47,244 nucleotides of DNA from an uncultured Clostridia bacterium. Lineage in GTDB: Bacteria; Bacillota; Clostridia; TANB77; CAG-508. How positions within the stretch are numbered: the first letter of the stretch is position 1; every line of letters begins with the position of its first letter. The stretch is taken from contig CANQXL010000002.1 of the NCBI GenBank assembly GCA_947627705.1, positions 1 to 47,244 of the forward strand, in the 5' to 3' direction. Under the pieces are notes generated by a model. That model did no database searches and had not been told where the DNA came from. It was given only the letters and a program-made list of their open reading frames with translations. The position numbers and the translations under genes were made by a program. Of this stretch, positions 30,958 through 42,293 are shown piece after piece.

Positions 30958-32433
30958 CTATTTCCCCATTTCCTCAATTATTTCACGGACAATTTCTCTT
31001 TCATCAAAAGGATATGTTTTGTGATTTATTTCTTGATATGGTTCATGTCCCTTTCCTGCAAGAACTATTAAATCCCTCTTATTTGCCATTTCTATTGCTT
31101 TTTTTATTGCTTCTTTTCTATCTACTATACATTCATATTTACCATTTGTCTTTTTTATTCCTTCTTCTATTTGTTTTACAATTTTTTCTGGATCTTCTGT
31201 TCTTGGGTTATCTGATGTTATTATTGTATAATCCGCAATTCTACCTGAGATTTCTCCCATTACCTGACGCTTGCCAGAGTCTCTATCTCCACCACATCCA
31301 AATACAGATATTACATTTCCGCATGGTGTATTCTTTACTTGCTGATAATATATTTTCAAGGCTTTCAGGTGAGTGAGCGTAATCTATCATTATATTTAAT
31401 CCTAATTTATTTTCTACAAGTTCAGATCTTCCAGGTACTCTAACTTCTTCTAAAGCACTTTTTATAGTTTCTTCATTTAAGCCAAGTCTAAGTCCTATGC
31501 TTATTGCAGCTAGTGCATTATATACACTAAATCTTCCTGGTATTCCTACTTTTACTCTTTCATTTTTATTTCCAAGCTTTACTTTAAAATCAGCATATGT
31601 ATTTGTAATAGTAATATCTTTTGCTATTAAATCAGCCATATTATCAATGCCATATGTCTTGATATCGCATTTTGCAAGTTTTACAACTTTGTTTCCGCAT
31701 TATATCATCTGTATTTACAAATCCTACCTTGCACATATCAAACAATTTAAGCTTTGAATTGAAATAATCTTCCATATCTGGATGTTCTTTTGGACTTATA
31801 TGGTCTTCTGAGAAATTTGTAAAAACTCCAATATCAAAATTTAATCCATAAACTCTATCAAGTTTTAAGCTTTGTGAAGATACTTCCATTATGACATACT
31901 CTACTTTTTCTTCTGCCATCTTCGCAAAGATTTTTTGTAGTTCGATACTTTCTGGTGTCGTTCTTGAAGAATCTTCAAGTTTCTTTCCATTTATATATAC
32001 TGCAATTGTTCCAATTAATCCGAACCTTTTTTCCTTGTTTTTCTAGCATATCTTTTAACATAAACGTTGTAGTTGTCTTACCCTTTGTACCTGTTACACC
32101 GATTAATTTAAATTGACTTGCAGGATTTCCATAGAAATTTTGACTTGCAATCGAAAGTGCTTTTCTTGTATTTGGAACAACTAATATTGTAACATTATCA
32201 TTATCCTTTATTGCACTTAAATCTGCTCCTTCTTCAAGCATTACTACTGATGCTCCGTTTTTTATCGCATCGCTTGCAAACTTATGACCGTCAACTTCAA
32301 ACCCTTTTATTGCTATAAACATTGAATCCTTAACTACATCTTTGGAATTATTAGTAATATTTAATATATCTAAGTCAATATTTCCTTTTGCTTTGATGCC
32401 TTCTATTCCATGTAAGATTTTTTTAAGTTCCAT
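30958..32433 (-). CDS. murE: UDP-N-acetylmuramoyl-L-alanyl-D-glutamate--2,6-diaminopimelate ligase MurE, three +1 shifts at in-frame CGG
   Basis: Joins at plus-strand CCG 32019-32021 (EKQGKKV-GLIGTIAVYINGKKLEDSSRTTPES), 31695-31697 (TDDIM-GNKVVKLAKCDIKTYG) and 31319-31321 (KEYTM-GNVISVFGCGGDRDSGKR). P-loop GVTGTKGKTTT is present. Confidence 0.9.
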
Positions 32434-32580
32434 ATATTTCCTCCTAATTTATATTTATGTAATAGCCTGACTTAATATTTATAAATTTCCAAAGAATATT
32501 ATATAATTAATTTTGTCTTTTGTACAGTTTTTATTGAAAATTTTTTTATTTTTATAAAATGTTAAGTTTTACATCTAAAA

Positions 32581-32761
32581 AAGTTCAAAAATAAAAATTA
32601 AAATGAAGAGCGCTGGAGTGCTTTTGAGCAAGAAATTTTTACTCTATTTTATGGAAAGAGTTCACGTTTGCCGTGGAAGGGTGCCATAAAATAGAGTTAG
32701 AATTTCTGCGAAAAAAGTAAACGACAAAGTCTCTGAAATGATAATTTTTATTTTTGAACTT
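32581..32761. other. 181 nt nested inverted-repeat element (candidate structured RNA or DNA palindrome), unclassified
   Basis: 20 bp perfect outer stem (32581-32600 with 32742-32761), a 14 bp perfect inner stem (32641-32654 with 32684-32697), a bulged intermediate helix (about 32628-32640 with 32698-32709) and a relatively GC-rich 29 nt apical loop containing the CACG/CGTG mini-hairpin. Intergenic, between a terminator and murE. Confidence 0.3.
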
Positions 32762-32810
32762 AATTTACATTTGAAAGTAGTGTATTTAATTTACGAACAG
32801 AAATATACTT

Positions 32811-32843
32811 TAAAAAAAGGACACCAAATATAAATTTGATGTC
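32811..32843 (-). terminator. Rho-independent terminator of the cohesin-protein gene
   Basis: On the minus strand: GACAUCAAAU-UUAU-AUUUGGUGUC (10 bp including one G-U) followed by CUUUUUUUA. Confidence 0.7.
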
Positions 32844-32867
32844 TTTTTTATATTAAACTAAAAATTT

Positions 32868-33725
32868 CTATCTTGATCTTCTTGCAGTAACTCTCATCTT
32901 TCTAATTCTTACAAATATTGTTACAGCAAGTAACACAGCTATTACTGAAATGACAATCATTAATGTATTATTCTCTCCAGTTTGTGGAAGTTTTCCTTTA
33001 TTATATTCGTCTTTATTATTTGTATTTCCGCCTTTGTCTGTCGTGCCAGGATTTGTTGTACCAGGGTCAGTTGTTCCTGGTTTAGTCGTTCCAGGGTCGG
33101 TTGTACCTGGTTTAGTTGTACCTGGATCAGTTGTTCCAGGGTCGGTCGTGCCTGGTTTAGTTGTGCCTGGGTCGGTTGTACCTGGATCAGTCGTTCCAGG
33201 ATCAGTTGTGCCTGGGTCACTTGTTCCAGGATCGGTTTGTTTTGATTCCACTATATTTAATGTAACAGGTGCACAAGTTAATTCTGTTGGTCCAGCTGTT
33301 AAGTCCCCATCACCTGCTGATAATTCTGTAAATGTAATTTGTGTATTTCCAAGTTTTGCATTACTATTTACTGTAAATGTAATTTTGCACATTGAAGCAC
33401 TGCCGTTTGTTGGAGTATCTCCATTAAGCACTATTCCTTCACCTTGTGCTGGATTATATGATACATCTGTACCATTTAATTTTTGCATTGATTTATATGT
33501 TAATACTGTATTATCAAAATGTAATTTTCCATCCATAGCATATACTACATCGTAAGTTTCTGCATTTGCAAGATTTATTACTATTGTAACTTCTTCTCCC
33601 CTTGCAACTTCTGTTTTATTTCCTTCAACAGTCATATTTACGTTTCCACTAAATTTTGCATTAACACTTCCCATAAAGCACATAGCAAGCATTAATATTA
33701 AACTAATTTTTAATAACTTTTTCAT
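32868..33725 (-). CDS. Cell-wall-anchored cohesin-domain protein (signal peptide, cohesin-like module, DPGTT linker, LPQTG sorting signal)
   Basis: 285 aa. Signal peptide MKKLLKISLILMLAMCFMGSVNA, a beta-sandwich cohesin-like region, 13 x (D/K)PGTT, then LPQTG plus a TM helix and RRSR tail. Confidence 0.7.
   Translation of the reverse strand: MKKLLKISLILMLAMCFMGSVNAKFSGNVNMTVEGNKTEVARGEEVTIVINLANAETYDVVYAMDGKLHFDNTVLTYKSMQKLNGTDVSYNPAQGEGIVLNGDTPTNGSASMCKITFTVNSNAKLGNTQITFTELSAGDGDLTAGPTELTCAPVTLNIVESKQTDPGTSDPGTTDPGTTDPGTTDPGTTKPGTTDPGTTDPGTTKPGTTDPGTTKPGTTDPGTTNPGTTDKGGNTNNKDEYNKGKLPQTGENNTLMIVISVIAVLLAVTIFVRIRKMRVTARRSR
33040..33236 (-). repeat. Tandem 15 nt coding repeat (about 13 copies) encoding (D/K/N)PGTT linker
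   Basis: Directly visible periodic GGTCNGTTGTNCCTG-like units. This explains the spurious ORFs 32950-33555, 32960-33220 and 32982-33245. Confidence 0.9.
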
Positions 33726-33740
33726 ACTTTCTCCTTTCTA

Positions 33741-36700
33741 TTAATGGCTCTTTCTTGTTATTAATATCATAGCTGCTAAATCATTTGATGTAATTTGACT
33801 ATCATTATCTAATAATGCTGCTTTAAATGTAATTCCACTTAAGTTGTTCTTTCTTGCAAGATAAATTGTAACAGCTGCAATATCATTTGAAGATGTTTTT
33901 CCATCACCATCTAAGTCCCCTGTAACAACAAGTACATATGTTAATTTCTCACCTACACTATTTGTTACAGATAATTCTGCTCCTGTTCCTACTAATTCAG
34001 CATCTGATAAAGTTCTACCATTTTTGCTAATTTCGATTGTCTTATCGTCTAATGAGACATTTATAAGTCCTTTCAAAACTGCAACTGTTGTTGAAGTTTC
34101 GATGTTTGTAATCAAATCATTTCCATCTTCAACGCTTTCTACATTTAAGCTATTTGAGCTTATCGGTTGTTCGATTGACACTCCTATTTGTGAAGGCTCT
34201 ACATTTACAGGCAAATCGTCTTCTAATGCTGCATTTTTATCTGCACTCATATTTGCTAGTTTTATAGAAGTAGGTTCTCCTACTTTAGCACCTTCTTTTA
34301 CTTTAAATTTAATTTTGAATAATTCTGTTGGTATAGATATTTTTCCATCTTGTGCTGTAAATTCAAATTTTGTTCCTGTTTCTGTTTCTTCTCCTTTTTG
34401 TCCAACTAATGCAGGAATTTGTACAGTTTGATCTTGACCAACTTGTTTTTGCGTTGCTTCTTTTCCTGTGACACTTTCAAGTGTTAATGAATTTTTATCA
34501 TATTGGATTTCTCCAGAAATTTTATCAATTCCTTCTCCAATGTTTGTGAATGTTTCAGCATTTACTGTAACTTCAAATTCTTCTTTTTCATGTGCAATTT
34601 CTTTTGATGATGTCATTGAAGTTGTTATGCTAGGTTCTGCAACAATTGGTTGTTCTACAACAGTAACTCCTGCTTCTTTTTCTTCTTTATGAGTTCCTAC
34701 AGTTGCAAAAGCTACTTTTACAATAGAGTTTCCTTCTGGAAGTTCTATTTGATTATCTTGTTTATTGCCATATACTAAAGATACAGTCATGCTTGTTTTG
34801 TTTTCTTCTGGTATTTTTACAATTTCTTTTCCAACTACTACTTCGTCTATTTCATAGCCTTCATTTGCATTTATTGTAAGTGTTTTAGCTGCTCCATCTC
34901 CTGATGTGAATGTTTCTTGCATATTACCATTTATATTTGCTGTACCACCATTACTTGTTTGTACAACAACTGTTTTATCTGTATTTGCTTGAGCTTCTTC
35001 AGATTTTTCTACAACTGCAATTGTAAATGGGCTAAATGATTTACATGTAACTATTAATCCAAGTTCTGTAACTACACAGTCAATTTCTTCAACTCCTGTA
35101 ATATCTCCATGAGCATTTCTTGTAAAGTGATATGCTTTAAATGTAACGCCTTCGTCTTCTGGTCCATACCCTGCTGGGAATCCAAGACATACTCTAACCC
35201 CTTGACCTGTGTATATAATTTGCTTTTTGCATAATGTTAAATCTATATTATATGTTTCTGTTTCAATTATTTTATCGTCTTCTTCTGTTAGGTCATCATT
35301 TCCTTCATCTTGTATTGCTTTATCAATTGCATCCTTCATAGCTTTATCTTCTGCTTCTGTTGTTTTTGTTGTAACTAGGACTAATCTATCTGTTAAAGAT
35401 TTTCCAATATCTCCAAATTCTTCTGATAAAGTTTGATTACTTCCTGCTTCTTTCCAGTCATCCATTGAAAGGTTAACATCTTCCATAAGTTGTGGTTTTC
35501 CAAATACATTCCAATCATATCCTTGTGATTTAAATGCATATGCTGCACATCTATGTGCACAGAAATATGAACTTGGATTTGGTTCCTTTCCACCATGTAA
35601 TGCTTTTAGATTGTTAAATCTCATATCATAGAATATTGAGTCGTCTGCAAACATTTCACTTGGTGTAAATTCAAATTCAAACACTGTAGTTCCATAGTCT
35701 GTATCGTCACCTTCTGTTGTATAATATGTGAAGTTTTCTACTTTGTAGCTGTTTTCATTAACTGGTATATATTCTCCTTTTTCTTCTATGCTTGAATAAT
35801 CATTATTTGTTGTTAAAATTGATAATGTTACAGGTTCGTTTTCGTCTTTCTTAATTAAAACATCGTTATATACTATTTTCATGTGATATGTGCTACCTAT
35901 ATATAAAGTTGAGTTTTGTACTGGTGTTGATGTTTTTACATATGGTGGTGCATCATATCCTTCTGCATTTGCATTAAATATTTTGTTTGTTTGAACTAAT
36001 ATTGATGTTGGTGATCCTAAATATGTTGTTTGTGCTATAACATCTTCTATTCCATGTATATCTGCAGTATATGGCTTAGGTGCAATATCTGTAACACCAA
36101 CTTGTATATATTCGCAATTTGATAATGCTATTTTTAAATATCCTTCTGTTGATTCTGTAGAGTTAACTTCTTCAAATGCTTGCCAAATATCAGGTCTTAA
36201 ATACCCCCATTTTGGATTATTCCAAACTGTTTCTCCTGTTGTAGATAATGTTGTTCCTTGGAAATATTGTGCAATAAGATAATATCCTTTTTTTGCTGCT
36301 TCTGTGTAGTTCATTCCGTTATAGCTTATCTTGAATTTAGCAGCTTCTGCACCATCTTGCTCATCAATTGATTCGTCATCCATTTCTACTTTTAATCCAT
36401 TTGAATTAAATACTACTTCAAATTTATCACTAGTATTTGAAATTGTTGGGTAAGTAAATTCGTAATTAGAATTTGATATTATTCCTGTTGGAATATGCTT
36501 TTGAGCAAGTTTATCGTCTCCAACTAAGAAATATTCTGAATTTTCTGTTCCTGTTGATGGATCGTCAAATGTAGCATCTAATGCATACCATGTTCCATTT
36601 TCTAGTTGTACATAATTCCACATATGTGGCTCAACTACATTCTCTGTGTGTCTATAAACACCCATAACAAGCACACAAGGTATGCCAAGTTTATCTAATA

Positions 36701-37455
36701 CCATTTTAAATGCTCTTGCATATCCTTCGCATACTATTTGTTTATTTACAAATGCTCCATAAACATTTCTTACATTATAAGCATTTGCTTCTGATGTTTC
36801 ATATTCATATGTATAATCTACACTGTTGATAAGTTTGTCATGAACATATTTTATTCTTTGTTCTTCAATGTTTTGGTTTTCTTTAACTTCTGTAATTGCT
36901 TCTGCTCCTTCTACATATTCCGCAACAGCAGCATTTACTTTTTGAATTCCTTCTTGTATTTTATCTACATCAATTATTCCATCTTCTTTAACAAATGATT
37001 TGTTAGTGTAATTGTCTCCCCTTCCAGTTCCTAATGTAGCATTAAGTGTTCCATCTTCTTTTTGAGTAACTCTTAAAGAAATGTAATCATAATCTACATA
37101 GAAAAGTTCTGGGTGGTCTTGTGAGAAAGCATCTTTTGCTGCTCCCATAGTCATTAATAATTGTTGAGAACCAGCTTTATAGCTTTCTAATTGTGCTGTA
37201 GTTACTACGTTATTTGCAACTAAATCATATGATTCTTTTCCGTCTTAGTAGCATGCCATTTTCAAGCATTGCTTCTAATGCGTTATAGAATTTCTTTTGT
37301 TCTGTTGTCAATTGCTCATAAAAATATTTAGTTGCAATGGTTTTAGGTGCTTCTTCAGCTGCATATACTGTTGATTTTCCAAAACGCATCCAACTAAATT
37401 GAGCTATAATTAATACTAGTACTATAGCTAAAATTACAATTTTTTTGAATTTCAT
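33741..37455 (-). CDS. Large secreted transglutaminase-like protein with internal cohesin-like module and C-terminal type I dockerin; one +1 shift at in-frame CGG
   Basis: The signal-peptide ORF 37225-37455 (MKFKKIVILAIVLVLI...) joins 33741-37154 at plus-strand CCG 37240-37242 (ENGMLLR-GKESYDLVANNVV...MTMGAAKD). Transglutaminase core Cys/His/Asp context (VCEGYARAF, PHMWNYV, ALDATFDD). Dockerin duplicated Ca-loop GDLDGDGKTSSNDIAAV ... LLDNDSQITSNDLAAM at the C-terminus. Confidence 0.75.
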
Positions 37456-37669
37456 ACATATCTCCCTTTCATTTAAATTTTACTTTCTTGTCTAGTTAAT
37501 TATAGCATAAAACAGCTTATTTCGTCAACGAAATTTTGATTAATTATAAATTATTTCAGCTATTTTTTATATAATAATTTTCTTATATAATTACATTAAA
37601 AAATACCCTAAATGCCAGTTATATAACATTTAGGATATTTTCTTTTATTTATTAATCTCCATCAATTTT

Positions 37670-40600
37670 TTATCTTCTCATTTTCTTTCCTTTGACATAG
37701 AATACTATAGAAGATAAAGATGTGATTATAAATGCTATTATTAATATTACGTCTATACTACTTCCTGTTTGTGGTAATGTTCCTTTTCTTGTAGTATTGT
37801 CAACATCTTTTTTATTATTTAAACCTGTATTTTTTTCTGCACCAGTATTTCCGCCTTGCTCTGTACCAGTATTTCCACCAGCTTCTTGATTTTCGTCTGA
37901 GCCAGTATTTCCACCTTGCTCTGTTCCTTCACCTGGTTTTGTTCCTGTTTCTGGATTTTCTTCTTCCTGACCTGTTCCAGGTTTTGTAGTTTCTTCTTGC
38001 TTATTGTCTCCTTCTGATCCTGTGTTTCCACCTGAGCTTGTGTTTCCACCTTGCTCTGTACCAGTATTTCCTCCAGCTTCTTGATTTTCGTCTGAACCAG
38101 TATTTCCGCCTTGTTCTGTATCTTCACCTGGTTTTGTTCCTGTCTCTGGATTTCCTTCTTCTTGACTTGTTCCAGGCTTTGTAGTTTCTTCTTGTTTATT
38201 GTCTCCTTCTGTACCTGTACTTCCACCTGTGCCAGTATTTCCACCTGCTTCTTGATTTCCGTCTGAACCAGTATTTCCACCTTGTTCTGTATCTTCTCCT
38301 GGCTTTGTTCCTGTTTCTGGATTTTCTTCTCCCTGACTTTCACCTGGTTTTGTTTCTGTTTCTTGATCTTCGCCTTCTTGTTCTGGTGCCTGCTCTAAAT
38401 CTTCTATTCCTGGTCCTTCAAATTCTGGATCACCTGGAAGTCTTCCATTCATATCAGGTGCAGCTGTTGATCCTAAAATCCAATTAACTTTTGCTGTCGC
38501 TGTTCCTTTATTTCCTGCCGCATCTTCAAATTCGAATTCAAAAGAGCCATTTGTTGTAAATGTATATTTGTCATCAGCATTATTTGTTATCTTAACATCT
38601 TCACTTGCGTGTAAGAATGCAACTACTTCCCCATCTGTTGGTGTTATTGTACTATATTTAACTTTTGCTGTTGGTGCTTCTCTATCTATCCATGTAACTT
38701 TTGCTGTCGCTGTTCCTGTTCCACCAGTTTCTGGATCTCTAAATTCAAATGTGAATGATTCATTATTGTTATGTATAACATATGTATCACTACCATTATT
38801 GTTTGTAATTTCTATATCAGCACTTGCATTTACTAACCTTACTTCTACATCTTCTGTTGTTGGTGATGTTGTACTATACGCAATTCCTGCTGTTGGATGT
38901 GGATTCTTTATTAAGTCTTGGTATATATTAAACATTCTTGCTGTAAACCAATTTCCGTTTGTTCTATCTGCTACTATTTTTACATATTGAACTTCTACTG
39001 AATCTTCTATTTCAAATTTTCTTACTTCGTCATTATATGGGTGATTTTTTATCTGTGATAATAGTGTCCATGTTTCTCCATCCATACTTCCATATACTGA
39101 ACCATCTATTATCTTACCATTTCCACCACCTGCTGTTACATATTCAACTGCTGATAAATATATTGGGTTATCTATTTTTATAACAATATATCTTTCTTCG
39201 TCTTTTCCATTCCAGTCAGAATGCCATATTGTGTTATAGTCACCGGTCTATTGCATTTGAAGCACCCCTACCACGTCCTGGCTCTTCAGTAGATACATCT
39301 TCTATTGATAAGTGAGAAACAGATACATATCTTCTTCTTAATGGTTGATTATCTGCTGTAAAGTCAAATCTTTGTGGTAAACTTGTTAGCATTGTTCCAG
39401 TTCCTGGTTGTCTTACTTCTATACTAACATCTCCCCTTAATTTTGGCTCCTTCTTTTCATATGAATTCCATTCATTATCAGAATCAGCTACTTCACTTAC
39501 TTCAGCGATTTCTGAATTTTGTACATAACGCCATTCTGTATTTGGTTTAACGTTAATTACTCTATTTTCCAAATCGTTCGCATAAAGACCAGGTAAAGTA
39601 TCTTGTTGTGTTAAGTCTATTCTAAATAAGTTTTCTTCTTCATATGGTGTTCCATATATGTGAACATATATATCATTTTCAGCAGTTAATCTACTTATTT
39701 CACCACTTGTTAATGTTGCACTATGTTCTTTATCTGCAGTAGATATAACTTGATTCCATGTATGTTTTCCATCTATACTATAATCCCATGTTAATCCTGA
39801 AGATGCATAACGCTCTGACAACATGATTTTATTTGCATTTTCTCCATCTAATGAGAATGTTGCAAGGTCTTTATCCATTTGTCCTAGTAAATAATTTGCA
39901 ACTGTTCTTGTTATACTTGGTTGGTAAACAAGCTTGCTTCCATCTTCTAAGTTAATTCCATCTGTTAAAATTTTAGTTTGTAATATTGTAAATTTGAATG
40001 TATATTCGTCCGTTTTCATTTCTTCTGCAAGTAAATTTGTTAGGTTATACATTGGTAATGGGAATGCTTTTAAGTTTTCCCCTATTTCTTTTGCTAGATT
40101 ATAATAATCTTCTTCTTGTTTTGTCTCGTCTGCTTTGTATAATTTTATTAATCCATACCATGCATCTATGTTTATTGATTGAATACCTAATGCTTCTCTA
40201 TATAATGCTTCCTGTTTTGAAGGATTTCCTTCATATGTGTTAGCAAGCATTATAAGTTCTGCAGATTTTTCGTAATCTTCGTAATGGTTTAATGCTTCCT
40301 GTGCTAAAACTATATATGAAGCTGCCCATCCTTCTACATAGTCGTCACTACCCCATCCTAAAGGCATTCTTAAACTCAATCTTTCTGTTTTTCCTGATTG
40401 TGCCCAGCCACTTACGTCATTATCTATTGTCCAGTAACCATTTCCATCTTTATCTTTTCTGTAATAAATTAATGCTGCGTGTCCTGGTTGGCTAATTACT
40501 GAAGAAGGTGTACCATGAACGCCACGAATATTAGAACCTATTTTTGATATACCACCACAAACGGCTCCACCTTCTATATTCATCCATAGTTTTACAACAC

Positions 40601-42053
40601 CTGGTCTGTATGTAACATTATATTTTAAAAAGTTATATTTTTGATCCCATTCATACATTTTTGACATATCATGATATTCTGGTCTTGAATAATCTGGCCA
40701 AATGTATTTCATATAATGGTGTGGTTGTAAATACTCTTCTTCTTTACCTGGATTTTTATTTATGTATTCTTGAGTATATTCGTTTAACCACAATATTTCT
40801 TCGTCGTCTATAATATTATTTAAAACGAAACGCATTTCTTCTACTTTTAAATCTTCAAACCAAGGTGTATGATCCTGTTTATCTGATACAACAAATTTTC
40901 CGTTTTTATGTAAGTCTTTGAAAATTTCATAACGTGTTACTGGGTCTGATTGGTTCTCTGGGCTTGTTGTATCCATCCATAATGCAACTTGTGCTGAATG
41001 TGTTAATGAAAGTGTAATCATCATTTTTCTGTATAACTCACCATAAACCGTGCCATGATCTGTTTTAGTTTTAATTTCTAAATCATCTTTATGTGCCATA
41101 TATAGCTTTGTTAATGCTTGTAATGAAGATATGTAGTTTCCATCTGGTTCTCCACCTAGGATATATAAACGTAAATTATTTACATCTGTTATTAACCATC
41201 TAACTGTTTCTTTATAATCATCATTACATCTTACAAAAGCTTGTAAAATATCATATCCAACTCTATTTACAAATTCTCTTTGTAATAAAATATGTTCGTA
41301 TTCTTCTGATTTTGATATTGCTATACGACTTACTTCTGTTTCTCTTGCTTGTTCGTATGTTTTTAAAAGCTCGTCATATTGTTCTACTGTTTTAATAAAA
41401 TCTACAGTCACATTATTATCTTCAACATATCCTTCTTTGGTAAGTTTAGCATCAGCATATATTGCTTCGTCATACCATTCTGCCCACCAGTTTGGACTGT
41501 TTTTATCTGCAACAAGTTTTAAATATCTTGCATTTTTTATATTTATATTAACATATTCTGCATCCTTCCATGCATCTAGTGTTTTTGATTCATATCTCTG
41601 TTCCCATGTCTTCGCATCATTAGATGTATAAATTATAAATTTAACACCTGTATTGAAATAATCATTTTTTTCGCTTACATCAACTCCTACATATGCTGTA
41701 AAATTGTCATAATCATATCCATTTAAATCGTATACTACTTCAGAAGATGCCCATGCGCAAAGACCTTTTATAAATATCTTTTCTTTTCCTTCGACATTTA
41801 TTGTAAGCATTTTATCGCTATCGTTTTTATCAAGTTTAACTGAATGTCCACTTGATACAGTCGTTTTTTCTGTAACATAAGGAATATCCGATAGGTATAA
41901 CTTATCGGATGCCGCATAGCTTACTTTGTTTTGCATTAATATTGAAATTAACAATATTGAAAAACATATAAGCATTTTGGTTATAAAATTCATTTGAATT
42001 CTTGAATTCAGCACTTTAGAATTTATTTTTTCTTGATTCATTTCTTTTTTCAT
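37670..42053 (-). CDS. Approx. 1460 aa LPXTG-anchored surface protein (N-terminal NPCBM-like module, central Cys/His-containing domain, F5/8 type C domain, two Ig-like repeats, Gly/Thr/Glu-rich tandem repeats); one +1 shift at in-frame CGG
   Basis: ORF 39240-42053 joins 37670-39085 through the untracked segment 39086-39242 at plus-strand CCG 39243-39245 (GASNAID-GDYNTIWHSDWNGKDEERYIVIKIDNPIYLSAVEYV, a classic discoidin-domain start). C-terminal LPQTG plus a TM helix and KKMRR. Confidence 0.75.
37832..38359 (-). repeat. Three tandem copies of a roughly 168 nt coding repeat (ETGTKPGEDTEQGGNTGSD.NQEAGGNTGT...DNKQEETTKPGT.QEE.NP)
   Basis: The repeat is visible in the translated C-terminal region of the 37670-42053 protein. 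It explains the alternate-frame ORF 37819-38343. Confidence 0.8.
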
Positions 42054-42293
42054 ATATTAATCCTCCATTTATATTATATTATATAATAGAAAATTATTTA
42101 CAGTACTCCACTCTATTACCTATTATACCATAAATGTGGGCTTATGTAAATCTTTTTTTCATAAATTTTCCAAATTTTTTCAATACAAATTTTTCCTAAG
42201 ATATTAAAAGAAAATTTTGCATAATAAAAAATCAAAAAGGCATAATAAATCTTGTAAAATATTTTTAAAATTTACATGAAAGGATTTGATAAA

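Noticed and set aside
802-32433. Interpreting the split pheT, hisS, rsmD, fhs, murG, ftsW, mraY and murE ORFs as pseudogenes in a decaying genome
   Set aside because: These are essential single-copy functions. Each fragment set is complete and collinear with no internal stops, deletions or substitution decay. All breaks are the identical single-nucleotide event at in-frame CGG. Random pseudogenisation would give varied lesions.
33040-33236. A possible CRISPR array suggested by regular short repeats
   Set aside because: The 15 nt units are contiguous with no spacers, lie inside a CDS, and translate to a Pro/Gly/Thr linker. No cas genes and no repeat-spacer architecture occur anywhere in the window.
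32950-33555. ORFs 32950-33555(+), 32960-33220(-) and 32982-33245(+), which look like repetitive proteins
   Set aside because: They are alternate-frame or antisense readings of the 15 nt DPGTT tandem repeat inside the cohesin-protein gene. The same applies to 37819-38343(-) within the repeat region of the large LPXTG protein.
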